Below, in pieces: positions 8,663 to 20,623 of a stretch of 59,894 nt of DNA. A program made the position numbers and the translations under genes. The stretch's first letter is position 1; every line of letters starts with the position of its first letter. The notes below the pieces were generated by a model. It did not search any database and had not been told where the DNA came from. It worked only from the letters and a program-made list of their open reading frames with translations. The stretch is from Candidatus Omnitrophota bacterium (GTDB taxonomy: Bacteria > Omnitrophota > Gorgyraeia > Gygaellales > Profunditerraquicolaceae), in the NCBI GenBank assembly GCA_049517335.1, contig JBEKSD010000008.1, positions 1-59,894 on the forward strand, written 5' to 3'.

Positions 8663-10165
8663 TTAGATTGCGATTTTATTTACCGCATCCAGATATGCTC
8701 TGACTGAAGCTTCAATGATGTCGGTAGAGGATGAGCGGCCGGATACGGTTTTATTCTTCACCGTTAATTTAAGGGAAACCTCGCCCAGAGCGTCTTTTCC
8801 AGAAGTAACCGCTTCCAGGCGGTAATCATTGAGCCGCGGCTTTATGCCGGTTATTTTATCTATGGCCTTAAAACAGGCATCTACCGGCCCGTCACCGCCG
8901 GACTTCGCCTCTAAAATCTTCTTTCTGTGTTTTATTTTCACCCTTGCCTCAGGCGGGATATCCGTGCCGGTATTGACCCTGACCGAAACCAGATCATAAA
9001 TCTTAATCCTGTCTTTTGTGCCCTCTTCAACCAAAGCAATCAGGTCATCGTCAAAAACTTCTTTTTTCTTATCCGCAAGCTGCTTAAAAAGCCTGAATAT
9101 CCCGTCAATTTTCTTGGCGTCAAATTTAAAACCGAGATCTTCCAGCCTCTTTGTCAAAGCATGCCTTCCGGAATGTTTGCCTAAGACGATACTGGCTTCA
9201 ACAAAACCCACGTCTTTAGGATCCATGATCTCATAGGTATTTCTTTTCTTTAAGACCGCGTCCTGATGAATCCCTGACTCATGGCGGAAAGCGTTCCTGC
9301 CGACAATGGCTTTATTGGGAGGAACAACAAATCCGGTGAGGCTGGAAACTAGGCGCGAAACCTGAAAAATGTTACGGGTATTGATTTGAGTATAAAAATC
9401 CCCGAAAACATCTTTACGGGTCTTTAAAGCCATAACAACCTCTTCCAAAGAGGCGTTTCCCGCGCGCTCTCCGATTCCGTTTATGGTGCAATGCACCTGA
9501 CGCGCACCACCCAGGATACCGGAAAGTGAATTTGCCACAGCCAATCCCAGGTCATCATGACAGTGGATAGCGATAACTGCTTTATCAATATTAGGAACAT
9601 TATTCTTGATATCGGTAATCAAAGAATAAATTTCCTGAGGATAACTGTAACCTACGGTGTCAGGAATATTTATGGTAGCGGCACCTTCATTGATTGCCAT
9701 TTCAATGATACGGTAAAGAAAATCCCGGTCAGAGCGCGTCGCATCTTCGGGTGAAAATTCAATATCCTTGCAATGTTTTCGTGCCAGGCGGATTGCATTT
9801 TGGGCAATCTTAAAAATTTCATCTTCTGCTTTCTTAAACTTATATTGCAGGTGTATTTTGGAAATAGCCAGAAACAGGTGCACGCGGCCGGCTTTTGCGT
9901 TTTTTACGGCTTTATAGGCTGCTTCAATATCGGGTTTCAGGCAGCGCGCCAAGCCGCAGATTACGCTTCTTTTAATCTTCTTTGATATGGTGCAAACAGC
10001 CTTAAAATCATCAGGGCTGGCTATAGGAAAACCTGCCTCTATAACATCAACGCCCAATTTTTCAAGCTGATAAGCAATCTCAAGCTTTTGAGCTGAAGTT
10101 AAAGAAGCGCCCGGCGCCTGTTCTCCGTCGCGTAAAGTTGTATCAAATATAATTATTTTTTCCAT
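8663..10165 (-). CDS. leuA: 2-isopropylmalate synthase
   Basis: DTTLRDGEQ, HCHDDLG, GERAGN and HESGIHQD motifs; C-terminal regulatory domain (GDGPVDA). Confidence 0.95.
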   Translation of the reverse strand: MEKIIIFDTTLRDGEQAPGASLTSAQKLEIAYQLEKLGVDVIEAGFPIASPDDFKAVCTISKKIKRSVICGLARCLKPDIEAAYKAVKNAKAGRVHLFLAISKIHLQYKFKKAEDEIFKIAQNAIRLARKHCKDIEFSPEDATRSDRDFLYRIIEMAINEGAATINIPDTVGYSYPQEIYSLITDIKNNVPNIDKAVIAIHCHDDLGLAVANSLSGILGGARQVHCTINGIGERAGNASLEEVVMALKTRKDVFGDFYTQINTRNIFQVSRLVSSLTGFVVPPNKAIVGRNAFRHESGIHQDAVLKKRNTYEIMDPKDVGFVEASIVLGKHSGRHALTKRLEDLGFKFDAKKIDGIFRLFKQLADKKKEVFDDDLIALVEEGTKDRIKIYDLVSVRVNTGTDIPPEARVKIKHRKKILEAKSGGDGPVDACFKAIDKITGIKPRLNDYRLEAVTSGKDALGEVSLKLTVKNKTVSGRSSSTDIIEASVRAYLDAVNKIAI

Positions 10166-10180
10166 AATTGAACCTTTTGG

Positions 10181-11173
10181 CTATTTTTTCATCCAAGGCA
10201 TCATCTCGCGAAGCTGCTTCCCGACTTTCTCAATTAAATGCTCGTCGCCTTCCTTAAGCAACCTGTTGAAATTAGGCCTGCCTTCTTCATTTTCCTTAAT
10301 CCACTCTTTGGCAAACTTTCCGGATTTGATTTCTTTTAAGATCTTCTTCATCTCTTTCCTAGTTCTTTCGGTGATAATCCTCGGGCCTCTTGATAAATCG
10401 CCGTAGCAGGCGGTATTTGATACACCCCTGCGCATTCCAGAAATGCCCCGCTCTTGAATAAGGTCCGTGATTAATTTTAACTCATGCAGCACTTCAAAAT
10501 AGGCAATCTCCGGCTGATAGCCTGCCTCAATTAAAGTGTCAAACCCGGCTTTGATTAACTCCGACACGCTTCCGCAAAGCACTGCCTGCTCGCCAAAGAG
10601 GTCGGTTTCCGTCTCTTCTTCAAAGGTTGTTTCAATTACGCCTGCAGTTGTGGCTTTTATCGCCTTAGCATAAGCCAGAGCCAACTGTTTTGCCTGTCCG
10701 GTTGCATCCTGGTATACGGCAATTAATGAAGGGACACCCTTACCCTCTTCATACATCCTTCTTACCAATGCCCCCGGGCCTTTGGGTGCGACCATAAACA
10801 CATCCACGTTTTTTGGCGGCTTAATCTGCTTAAAACGGATATTGAATCCGTGCGAAAAACAGAGCGCTTTTCCTTTTTTTAGGTTAGGCTTTATTGCATC
10901 AAGATAAACTTTCGCCTGCACATGATCTTGAGTCAAAATCTGGATAATATCAGCGGCTTTTGCTGCTTCGCTAGCGGAAACCGGAGTAAACCCGTCTGCT
11001 TTTGCCAGTTCATAATTGGGGGTACCTTCCATCTCGGAAACCACCACATGGCAGCCTGAGTCGCGTAAGCACAACGATTGCCCGCGGCCCTGGATTCCAT
11101 AACCGATAATCGCAATTGTCTTGTCTTTAAGTAACCCTAAATCCGCGTCTTTGTCATAATAAATATTCGCCAT
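10181..11173 (-). CDS. ilvC: Ketol-acid reductoisomerase
   Basis: [19 protein letters not shown] and ETDLFGEQ motifs. Confidence 0.97.
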   Translation of the reverse strand: MANIYYDKDADLGLLKDKTIAIIGYGIQGRGQSLCLRDSGCHVVVSEMEGTPNYELAKADGFTPVSASEAAKAADIIQILTQDHVQAKVYLDAIKPNLKKGKALCFSHGFNIRFKQIKPPKNVDVFMVAPKGPGALVRRMYEEGKGVPSLIAVYQDATGQAKQLALAYAKAIKATTAGVIETTFEEETETDLFGEQAVLCGSVSELIKAGFDTLIEAGYQPEIAYFEVLHELKLITDLIQERGISGMRRGVSNTACYGDLSRGPRIITERTRKEMKKILKEIKSGKFAKEWIKENEEGRPNFNRLLKEGDEHLIEKVGKQLREMMPWMKK

Positions 11174-11185
11174 TTTCCTTCTCCT

Positions 11186-11659
11186 TTAGTTTGTAATCGC
11201 TAATTTTCCGGTGCGCACTAATTCTTTAATACCAAATTCTCCCAAAGCATCCAACAACTGCTTAATCTGATCCTGACCGCCCACTGCCTCAACAATCGCG
11301 GTATCAGCTTTGGCCTGAATAATCTTGCCCAGATATTTCTCAAGTATAGCTTCAAGCTTCTGCTTATCCTTCGCAGAATACGCAACTTTAACCAAGATCA
11401 ACTCGCGGTCAATATGGCTTTTCTTGGTAAAATCGGTAACGGTGATAACGTCGATAAGCTTATTCAGCTGTTTCTTAATCTGCTCCAGTATCTTTTCATC
11501 CTGAGCTTCCACCACGATAGTCATATAGGAAATAGTAGGATCTCGTGTTTCGGAAACCGCTAAAGAAGCGATATTATACCCGCGCGCGCTGAATAACCCG
11601 GCTATGCGCGCCAGGACGCCGAATTTATTCTCAACTAAAACTGCAATCGTATGTCTCAT
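11186..11659 (-). CDS. ilvN: Acetolactate synthase small subunit
   Basis: ENKFGVLARIAGLFSARGYNI ACT domain; ELVRTG at the C-terminus. Confidence 0.95.
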   Translation of the reverse strand: MRHTIAVLVENKFGVLARIAGLFSARGYNIASLAVSETRDPTISYMTIVVEAQDEKILEQIKKQLNKLIDVITVTDFTKKSHIDRELILVKVAYSAKDKQKLEAILEKYLGKIIQAKADTAIVEAVGGQDQIKQLLDALGEFGIKELVRTGKLAITN

Positions 11660-11660
11660 T

Positions 11661-13328
11661 TTAAGCTAGCCCGTCCAGCATCTTATTTATTGCCTGTCCT
11701 GCCGGCACCATAGGATAAACATTCTCTTCCGGCTCAATACGGAAATCAACGAATACGGTATTATCTATCTCAATAGTTTTCTCAATTGCCTTGCGCACTT
11801 CCGCTTTTTTGGTTACGCGCATACCCACGGCGCCGTAACTTTCCGCCAGCTTCACGAAATCAGGGCTGGTAATCGGCGTAAAGGAATAACGTTTCTTATA
11901 AAATAATTCCTGCCACTGCCTGACCATGCCTAAAAAACCATTGTTAAATATTAAAACTTTCACGTTTATTTTATTTTCCACACATGTAGCTAATTCCTGT
12001 ATATTCATTTGTATTGAACCGTCGCCAGCAATATTAAAAACTTCCTTTTCAGGCACACCTATTTTTGCCCCCATTGCCGCCGGAAAACCAAAACCCATTG
12101 TGCCAAGCCCGCCGGAAGAAATAAATGTGCGTGGCGTAAGATACTTATACCATTGGCAAGCCCACATCTGCGATTGGCCTACTTCAGTGCAAATTATCGC
12201 ATCTCCCTTTGTAACTTCCCAAAGCTGCTCTAAGATATATTGCGGCTTCAGGAATTTTCCTTCATCTTTATAGGTCAAAGGATGTTTCTTCTTCCAACCT
12301 TCTACGGTTTTAAGCCACTCCGTAGTATCAGGTACCTTTTTAATTTGTTCTAATAATTCACCTAAAATATTTTTCGCATCCCCCACGATCGGGATATCTA
12401 CCCTGACATTTTTACTGATGGAAGAGGGGTCTATATCAATGTGTATGACTTTTGCAAAAGGCGCAAAATCATCCAGCCTCCCCGTGACGCGGTCATCAAA
12501 ACGCGCACCCACGGCAATAATCAGGTCCGACTCCATGGTCGCATGATTCGCGTAAGCTGTTCCATGCATCCCAAGCATACCTAAACATAATTTATGCGTG
12601 CCCGGAAAACAGCCTAACCCCATAAAAGTCGTGGTTACCGGCGCTTGGATTTTCTCCGCCAGTTCCCTTAATACCAGATGCGCGCCAGAGGTGATCACTC
12701 CTCCTCCGGCATAAATTATGGGCTTCTTGGATTCAGAGATTAATTTTGCCGCTTTTTTAATTTGCCCGGGGTGGCCGAAGTATGTAGGTTTGTAACTACG
12801 GATTTCCACTGTTTCCGGCCAGATGAATTCTGTTTCCGCGCGCTGGACATCCACCGGAATATCTACAAGCACTGGCCCGGGGCGCCCGGTAGAAGCAATA
12901 TAAAAAGCTTCGCGGATTGTCCGCGCTAAATCTTTTACATCTTTTACCAGGAAATTATGCTTGGTAACCGGGCGGGTAATACCAGTTACATCCGCTTCCT
13001 GAAACGCGTCATTACCGATTAGATGCGTACCGACCTGACCGGTAATAGCAACCATGGGGATAGAATCCATATAAGCATTGGCAATTCCGGTCACGAGATT
13101 AGTTGCTCCGGGACCGCTGGTAGCCAGGCATACGCCCACCTTACCGGTTGCCCGGGAGAAACCGTCGGCAGCGTGCGCCGCTCCCTGTTCATGGCGCGTT
13201 AAAATAAACTTAAGGCCAAAATCATAAAGCGCGTCAAATATAGGCAGGACCTGGCCTCCGGGATAACCGAAGATTACTTCCACCCCTTCGCGTTTTAATG
13301 ACTCTAAAAGTATGCGTGCGCCGTTCAT
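11661..13328 (-). CDS. ilvB: Acetolactate synthase large subunit
   Basis: FGYPGG, RHEQGA, TSGPGATN and the GDGS..MN TPP-binding motif. Confidence 0.97.
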   Translation of the reverse strand: MNGARILLESLKREGVEVIFGYPGGQVLPIFDALYDFGLKFILTRHEQGAAHAADGFSRATGKVGVCLATSGPGATNLVTGIANAYMDSIPMVAITGQVGTHLIGNDAFQEADVTGITRPVTKHNFLVKDVKDLARTIREAFYIASTGRPGPVLVDIPVDVQRAETEFIWPETVEIRSYKPTYFGHPGQIKKAAKLISESKKPIIYAGGGVITSGAHLVLRELAEKIQAPVTTTFMGLGCFPGTHKLCLGMLGMHGTAYANHATMESDLIIAVGARFDDRVTGRLDDFAPFAKVIHIDIDPSSISKNVRVDIPIVGDAKNILGELLEQIKKVPDTTEWLKTVEGWKKKHPLTYKDEGKFLKPQYILEQLWEVTKGDAIICTEVGQSQMWACQWYKYLTPRTFISSGGLGTMGFGFPAAMGAKIGVPEKEVFNIAGDGSIQMNIQELATCVENKINVKVLIFNNGFLGMVRQWQELFYKKRYSFTPITSPDFVKLAESYGAVGMRVTKKAEVRKAIEKTIEIDNTVFVDFRIEPEENVYPMVPAGQAINKMLDGLA

Positions 13329-13333
13329 CTGAT

Positions 13334-14986
13334 TTAACTTAATATCGCTCCCTTATCCGCAGAACTTACTAAGCGCGAATATCTTGAGAGGTATCCTGTT
13401 TTAATTTTCGGCGCAACTAGTTTAACCGTTTTTAACCTGTTCTCAATTTCTTTTTTGCTTAATTTTACTTCCAGTTTCCTTCCGGGAATATCTATCGTAA
13501 TTATATCCCCGTCTTTTAAAATTGCAATCGCGCCTTTAGCTGACGCTTCGGGCGAAACATGTCCGATGCAGGGGCCTTTTGTCCCTCCGGAGAACCTTCC
13601 ATCGGTAATCAGGGCCACGGAATCTGCCAGGCCTTTACCGACAATTGCGGAAGTAGGTGCCAGCATTTCGCGCATACCCGGGCCTCCGCTGGGGCCTTCG
13701 TAACGTATTACCACTACCTCGCCTGATTTTACTTTATCATTCAGTATCGCGCTCATTGCTTCTTCTTCGCGGTTATAAACTTTTGCTTTGCCGCTAAACT
13801 TCATCATTTTAGCTGAAACCGCCGATTGTTTTACTACGGCACCGTTGGGCGCAATATTACCGTAAAGCACGGCTATTCCGCCTTGTTTGTGATACGCGCG
13901 GCTGAACGGACGGATTACTTCATCATCGTAAATTTTAGCTTCCTCCGCAATTTCAAAAGTCGACTGACCTGAAACATTCAATGTATTATTTAATTGTGAC
14001 TTCAAGCGCTTTAAAACTGCAGGAACCCCTCCGGCATACTCCACGTCTTCCATAAAATGCTCACCCGCCGGTTCAATATTGGTAATGTGCGATGTGGCTT
14101 TACTGATTTTATCAAAAGTTTTAAGGTTTAAATTAATCCCTGCCTCATGGGCAATAGCCATTAAATGCAGCACCGTATTACTTGAGCCGCCCAAAGCCAT
14201 ATCTACAAGGATTGCGTTTTCAAGCGATTTTTGAGTAATAATATCCTTGGGCAAGACTTGTTTTTTCACTAGTTCTACAATGCGTTCGCCGCTAGCTTGA
14301 GCGATTCTGCGTTTTTTTGCTGAAATCGCCAGCGCCGTTCCGCATCCTGGTATAGACATACCCATTGCTTCAGTAAGGCAGGCCATGGTATTTGCCGTGT
14401 ATAAGCCCTGGCAGGAGCCAGCTCCGGGGCAGGCTTCCATCTCAAGACAGATTAACTCTTCGGGAAGGATTTTCCCGCTCTTTGCTTTTGCCACTGCTTC
14501 ATATGTATCATGGACAAAAGCCAACTTTCTTTTATTGAGACGACCGGATAACATCGGTCCGGCGGTCACGATTATCGCCGGAATATTCAAGCGCGCTACC
14601 CCCATAAGCATACCAGGAGTAATCTTATCGCAGTTAGTCAAACAGACAATTCCGTCTAATTGATGCGCGTTGCAGACAGTTTCAATCGTATCCGCCACGA
14701 TTTCACGCAAGGCTAAAGGATAACACATGCCTAAATGACCCATGGCAATGCCGTCGCAGATACCGGGAATTCCGAAGAAAAACGGCACACCGCCGCCATA
14801 ACAGACGCCACGCTCAATATAACGCTCTAAGTCGCGCATACCGATATGGCCGGGAATAAGATCGGTAAAAGACGTGGCAACTCCGATAAACGGCCTGCCT
14901 AAATCTTTTCTGGATAAACCCGTAGCGTGCAATAATGCCCGGTGCGGAATCCTCTCAATCCCTTTCTTTATAGTGTCTGAACGCAT
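13334..14986 (-). CDS. ilvD: Dihydroxy-acid dehydratase
   Basis: [22 protein letters not shown] and TDGRFSG motifs. Confidence 0.97.
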   Translation of the reverse strand: MRSDTIKKGIERIPHRALLHATGLSRKDLGRPFIGVATSFTDLIPGHIGMRDLERYIERGVCYGGGVPFFFGIPGICDGIAMGHLGMCYPLALREIVADTIETVCNAHQLDGIVCLTNCDKITPGMLMGVARLNIPAIIVTAGPMLSGRLNKRKLAFVHDTYEAVAKAKSGKILPEELICLEMEACPGAGSCQGLYTANTMACLTEAMGMSIPGCGTALAISAKKRRIAQASGERIVELVKKQVLPKDIITQKSLENAILVDMALGGSSNTVLHLMAIAHEAGINLNLKTFDKISKATSHITNIEPAGEHFMEDVEYAGGVPAVLKRLKSQLNNTLNVSGQSTFEIAEEAKIYDDEVIRPFSRAYHKQGGIAVLYGNIAPNGAVVKQSAVSAKMMKFSGKAKVYNREEEAMSAILNDKVKSGEVVVIRYEGPSGGPGMREMLAPTSAIVGKGLADSVALITDGRFSGGTKGPCIGHVSPEASAKGAIAILKDGDIITIDIPGRKLEVKLSKKEIENRLKTVKLVAPKIKTGYLSRYSRLVSSADKGAILS

Positions 14987-14998
14987 TAATTCTCCCTT

Positions 14999-16324
14999 CT
15001 AATCCGCGCCCTCTCCGTCGTGCACAACCTCTTGGCCAACCTTACGCTTACGGACAATCACGCGTTTTAAGACTACATATTTATCAACCAATTCTCTCTT
15101 ATTAATGTTATTTAACTGTTTGAAGAGAAAATCGAATTTTGCTTCAATATCTTTAGTAATCGCATCTCTCGTAGCTTGAGGCAGAGACATAATTTCTTTC
15201 TTAAACTGGCCCAATGCCTTTTTACGGGTCTTATAAAAAAACTGCTCTTCGGTCTCGCCTGTTTTGGCTTCATTGGCGGCATTGACTTTAAGCCATTCAT
15301 AAATCTTTACCTTTAAATCCTGAGGGAAACTCTTGGATTCATACATCATATTCTGGAATTCCGTAGCCAGATGCACTTCGCAAGCATCGCATTCGGCGAA
15401 TTTATGGAATGCCTCAGCCGGTAAAGTTGATGCGCCGTGCTGCACTGCTCCCCCTAAGCCGAATTCCTTCTGCGCTATTGCCGAAAGGTTCTTTAAGGTA
15501 TCGAAATCCAATTTTACCTGGGCAATGGAACCGTCAGGTAGGACTACACCGCCGTGGGATGTCCCAGTCTGGATTGAAATCTTGCTGATACCAATCAAAC
15601 CTTTGCGTAGCCTTTCCTTAAAGCCGGCCATAAAGGCGCGTAGGTCTTCCGGTGTAGAATTCTGATGCCCCACCTCTCCTATCTCGCCTCCTACGGAAAC
15701 GGTTATGCCTTTCGGCTCTATGCGACGGATAAACTGCGTAAGCTTGGCGCAGGCTTCGTAATTATTCTGCTGCTGCTTCTTGATGTCAGTCTTGGATAAA
15801 TCAACAAGCGTAGAGGAATCAATGTCAATATTGTAGAAGCCCGCGCCTATGGCGTCGGTAATCAACGCCTGTAATGCTTCAATTTCCTTATCCGCGTTCT
15901 CCTGAAATTTCTTTAAATTTATCTGGCAATGGTCAGCCTGAATAAAGACAGGACCCTTATAACCTTCTTTAATTGCCGCAGCTAACACCACGCTTGAATA
16001 TTCAGCCGGCGGCTGATTGGTGTAACCCATCTCGGATTTAGCAATCTCAAAAATAAAGGCATTGGTATTGTTAGCCTTGCCTACCCGAAAGAGCGCACGG
16101 GCTAAATCATAAGCCATCGTCCTTAAATTTATCGCCGGCACGGTGAAATTACCAAACTCACCCCTGCCGCGGGCAATATAAAAATCATGTATTGAAACGG
16201 GATAAATCCCCGCCTTATAAGCCATATCCAATATCTTCTTGGCTATTCTTTTCTTCGTAGCTACATCGTCACTCATAATCAATTCCATCACGATGTTGTC
16301 AATGTTAAGCGGCTTCCTGCCCAT
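14999..16324 (-). CDS. Class II fructose-bisphosphate aldolase family protein (long form)
   Basis: PAIN, ADH, GEIG, GTSHGG and QHGAS metal-binding motifs; adjacent to pfkA. Confidence 0.85.
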   Translation of the reverse strand: MGRKPLNIDNIVMELIMSDDVATKKRIAKKILDMAYKAGIYPVSIHDFYIARGRGEFGNFTVPAINLRTMAYDLARALFRVGKANNTNAFIFEIAKSEMGYTNQPPAEYSSVVLAAAIKEGYKGPVFIQADHCQINLKKFQENADKEIEALQALITDAIGAGFYNIDIDSSTLVDLSKTDIKKQQQNNYEACAKLTQFIRRIEPKGITVSVGGEIGEVGHQNSTPEDLRAFMAGFKERLRKGLIGISKISIQTGTSHGGVVLPDGSIAQVKLDFDTLKNLSAIAQKEFGLGGAVQHGASTLPAEAFHKFAECDACEVHLATEFQNMMYESKSFPQDLKVKIYEWLKVNAANEAKTGETEEQFFYKTRKKALGQFKKEIMSLPQATRDAITKDIEAKFDFLFKQLNNINKRELVDKYVVLKRVIVRKRKVGQEVVHDGEGAD

Positions 16325-16340
16325 TTTATTTCTTCCTCCG

Positions 16341-17300
16341 TTAAGTTAAAGTTTTAATTAAATCGTACATCTTATCCGAGTTCCACTCTTTTTTCTTTAT
16401 CGCCGTTTCAAAATCTACCAGACACACCTTCCAGTTGCAGAAGCTGACTGCCTTATCGGTTTTGCCTTCTATCAGGCAGTCCAGCGCAGTTTTACCGAAA
16501 CGTAATGCCAGATCGCGGCTGCATGCCGTGGGCCGGCCGCCTCTTTGCACATGCCCTAAAACTACTGTGCGGGTTTCCAGGGAGGTCAATTCGTTTATTT
16601 TCTTTGCAATCTCAATTGCAGAGCCTGCGCCCTCCGCAACCACAATTATCCAACTTAACTTACCCCTTAAATTACCTTCAACGATATCGTGAGCGATTGC
16701 GTGCAAATCAAATTTTCTTTCCGGGATTATGGCTTCCTCGCATCCTCCGCCTAAAGCTACGCTTAAAGCGATAAACCCTGAGCCTCTTCCCATTACCTCT
16801 ACTACAAAAACGCGCTCCATTGAAGTAGCGGTATCGCGGATATTGTCAATCGCGGCCAAGGCCGTGTTCACTGCCGTATCCGTACCTATGGTAACGTCTA
16901 TTCCGTTTATATCATTGTCAATGGAAGCCGGAATTCCCATACAGGGGATTTTAAATTTCTTGTAAAACTCATGCGCCGCAGTAAAACTGCCGTTGCCGCC
17001 GATAACAATCAGACCTTCAATACCGTATTTTTTTATTGTATTAAATGCCCTCTCCTGCCCAGTTTCAGTCTGGAACTCCGGACAACGCATAGTTTTTAAA
17101 ATTGTTCCGCCCTGATTGATTATCCCTGAAACCGAACGGTGGTCTAATACTTTCAATTCTTCGTTAATCAGGCCCCACCAGCCGCGGAATACACCCATTA
17201 CTTCAACTTTTCGAGCTATGGCCGAACGCACTACCGCGCGTATTGCCGCGTTCATTCCCGGCGCATCCCCGCCGGTGGTTAAAACCGCTATTCTCTTCAT
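16341..17300 (-). CDS. pfkA: 6-phosphofructokinase, probably ATP-dependent
   Basis: GGDAPGMN, GGNGS (Gly at the position where PPi-PFKs have Asp), SIDND, EVMGR and LGHVQRGG motifs. Confidence 0.92.
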   Translation of the reverse strand: MKRIAVLTTGGDAPGMNAAIRAVVRSAIARKVEVMGVFRGWWGLINEELKVLDHRSVSGIINQGGTILKTMRCPEFQTETGQERAFNTIKKYGIEGLIVIGGNGSFTAAHEFYKKFKIPCMGIPASIDNDINGIDVTIGTDTAVNTALAAIDNIRDTATSMERVFVVEVMGRGSGFIALSVALGGGCEEAIIPERKFDLHAIAHDIVEGNLRGKLSWIIVVAEGAGSAIEIAKKINELTSLETRTVVLGHVQRGGRPTACSRDLALRFGKTALDCLIEGKTDKAVSFCNWKVCLVDFETAIKKKEWNSDKMYDLIKTLT

Positions 17301-17301
17301 A

Positions 17302-18567
<1,266 letters not shown>

Positions 18568-18589
18568 TCAATTATTCTAGATTCTTTTT

Positions 18590-18684
18590 GCACCCCGCGC
18601 TGACTGCTACTACCCGGCGCTAAGTGGAATTACGCCGGTATTCGCCTTGTGGCGAAAATTACGCGAGTGTGCCCCTGTGGGCAA
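18590..18684 (-). ncRNA. Candidate structured cis-element between metK and ahcY (unassigned)
   Basis: Closing stem GCACACTCGCGT/GCGCGGGGTGC encloses hairpins TTCGCC-ACAA-GGCGAA and CCGGCGTAA-TTCCAC-TTAGCGCCGG. Confidence 0.4.
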
Positions 18685-19857
18685 TTATAATTTAGCCCCT
18701 TGTTTTTTAAGTGTTGCTGCCTTGTCCGTGTTTTCCCAGGTGAACTCCGGCTCCATACGGCCGAAGTGCCCGTAGCAGGCGGTTTTCTTATATATAGGAC
18801 GTAACAAATGTAAAGATTCAATTATACCTCTGGGAGTAAGGTTAAAATTCTGACGGATAAGTTTTACCATTTTTTCATCCGCTACTTTTCCCGTGCCATA
18901 AGCATTGACATAAATTGACAGGGGCTCGGCGTACCCGATAACATAGGATAACTGTATAAGCAACCTATCGGTAAGGCCTGCCGCCACCATGTTCTTGGCA
19001 ATATAACGGCACATATAAGCTGCCGAGCGGTCTACCTTAGTTGGGTCTTTACCAGAAAAAGCGCCACCGCCATGCGGGACGGTCCCGCCGTAGGTATCCA
19101 CGATTATTTTTCTTCCGGTCATACCGGTATCGGACTGCGGGCCTCCGACTACAAATTTTCCGGTCTGGTTCACGTAATATTTCGTATCTTTATCTACCAG
19201 TCCTTTCAATATGTGCTTAGCAACCACATCGATTAACTCACCCCGTGCTTTATCGGTAATGTGCTTTCCGCTCCTATCCAGAATATCCTCAGTATGCTGA
19301 CAAGCAAGTACCACCGAGTCTACACGTTTCGGTTCTCCGTCATGGTACTCCACCGTTACCTGCGATTTGCAGTCCGGGCCGAGGTATTTTAAGATATTAC
19401 CGCGGCGCACGTCGGCCATACGTTTGACTAATTTATGCGCTAAAATGATCGGAAGCGGCATCAACTCTTTAGTCTCCTTGCAGGCATAACCGAACATTAT
19501 ACCCTGGTCTCCCGCTCCTCCGGTATTGACACCTTGCGCTATATCCGGAGACTGGCTATTAATTGTATTGATAATGGCGCAGGTCTCGTAATCAAATCCA
19601 TATTTAGAATGGGTATACCCGATATCTCTGATAATACCGCGCGCTAATTTCTGAATATCTATGTAGGCGGAAGTCGTGATTTCTCCACCGACGATCAAAA
19701 GGCCCATGGTAACATAGGTTTCGCAAGCTACCCTGCTTCTTTCCTTATTCATATCGTGCCCAAGAACCTGATCCAGCACCCCGTCTGAGATCTGATCGCA
19801 TAATTTATCCGGATGCCCCTCGCCTACCGACTCAGAAGTAAAAAAATGTTTACGCAT
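18685..19857 (-). CDS. metK: S-adenosylmethionine synthetase
   Basis: [27 protein letters not shown] and GGGAFSGKD motifs. Confidence 0.98.
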   Translation of the reverse strand: MRKHFFTSESVGEGHPDKLCDQISDGVLDQVLGHDMNKERSRVACETYVTMGLLIVGGEITTSAYIDIQKLARGIIRDIGYTHSKYGFDYETCAIINTINSQSPDIAQGVNTGGAGDQGIMFGYACKETKELMPLPIILAHKLVKRMADVRRGNILKYLGPDCKSQVTVEYHDGEPKRVDSVVLACQHTEDILDRSGKHITDKARGELIDVVAKHILKGLVDKDTKYYVNQTGKFVVGGPQSDTGMTGRKIIVDTYGGTVPHGGGAFSGKDPTKVDRSAAYMCRYIAKNMVAAGLTDRLLIQLSYVIGYAEPLSIYVNAYGTGKVADEKMVKLIRQNFNLTPRGIIESLHLLRPIYKKTACYGHFGRMEPEFTWENTDKAATLKKQGAKL

Positions 19858-19878
19858 GAACCAAACCCTCCCTTTTAA

Positions 19879-20616
19879 TTAGTTAAAAGTTTTCTGCGCC
19901 TTGTGATAGAATTTTTTGTCCCCGATATCAAACCAACTGCCTTTAAAAACGTAACCGTATACCGCGGTTTCTTTCCTTAACCAGTCAATGTAAAAACCCG
20001 AAGCGTCTACTTTTTTTGCGTGCGCGCGCATATATTTTTTAACCAAGGTGATGCTTTCAGCCGGAAAATAATAAACACACATCGCTACAAGCTGCGAAAC
20101 AGGCTTTGCCGGTTTTTCCTTAAAATCTATGACTTGCGCATTTACGCCTAATTTTACAACTCCGTAATTCTTCGCTTCTGATTTCTTTTTGATATCATAT
20201 ACCCCTATTGTGGGGTGCGGAGCATTCTTTTGAGCAAAACTTAAAAACGGCTCCAGTTTACTATCCAGTAGATTATCCCCGCCGATAATCAAAAGACCGT
20301 CTTTAATCTTTTTTACGCGAATAGCGAAATCCATATCCCCGACTGCCCCGCGCCTGTCATCTAAATTTTTCGTCAGGTCATCCAGCAGGGTAATCTTTTT
20401 AGGGCATTTAAAATTTTTTCGCCATTGCTTAAATTTGGAAAAAAACTTACTGTTGGTAACGACAACTATTTCCTCAAGCCCTTTTAATCCCTGCAGCTTC
20501 CTGATAATGTGTTCAATTATCGGCCTCTCCTTTATTTCAAGGAGCGGCTTAGGGTATTCCTTTGTTAAAGGGTATAACCGCGTCGCATAACCGGCTGCCA
20601 ATATCAATGCTTTCAT
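19879..20616 (-). CDS. Sugar-phosphate nucleotidyltransferase family protein
   Basis: LAAGYATRLYPLT..PKPLL, GGDN and WFDIG motifs. Confidence 0.9.
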   Translation of the reverse strand: MKALILAAGYATRLYPLTKEYPKPLLEIKERPIIEHIIRKLQGLKGLEEIVVVTNSKFFSKFKQWRKNFKCPKKITLLDDLTKNLDDRRGAVGDMDFAIRVKKIKDGLLIIGGDNLLDSKLEPFLSFAQKNAPHPTIGVYDIKKKSEAKNYGVVKLGVNAQVIDFKEKPAKPVSQLVAMCVYYFPAESITLVKKYMRAHAKKVDASGFYIDWLRKETAVYGYVFKGSWFDIGDKKFYHKAQKTFN

Positions 20617-20623
20617 ACTTGCT

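Noticed and set aside
18630-18821. 63-aa minus-strand ORF over the metK end and spacer
   Set aside because: It is out of frame within metK and has no RBS; the spacer is better explained as structured non-coding sequence.
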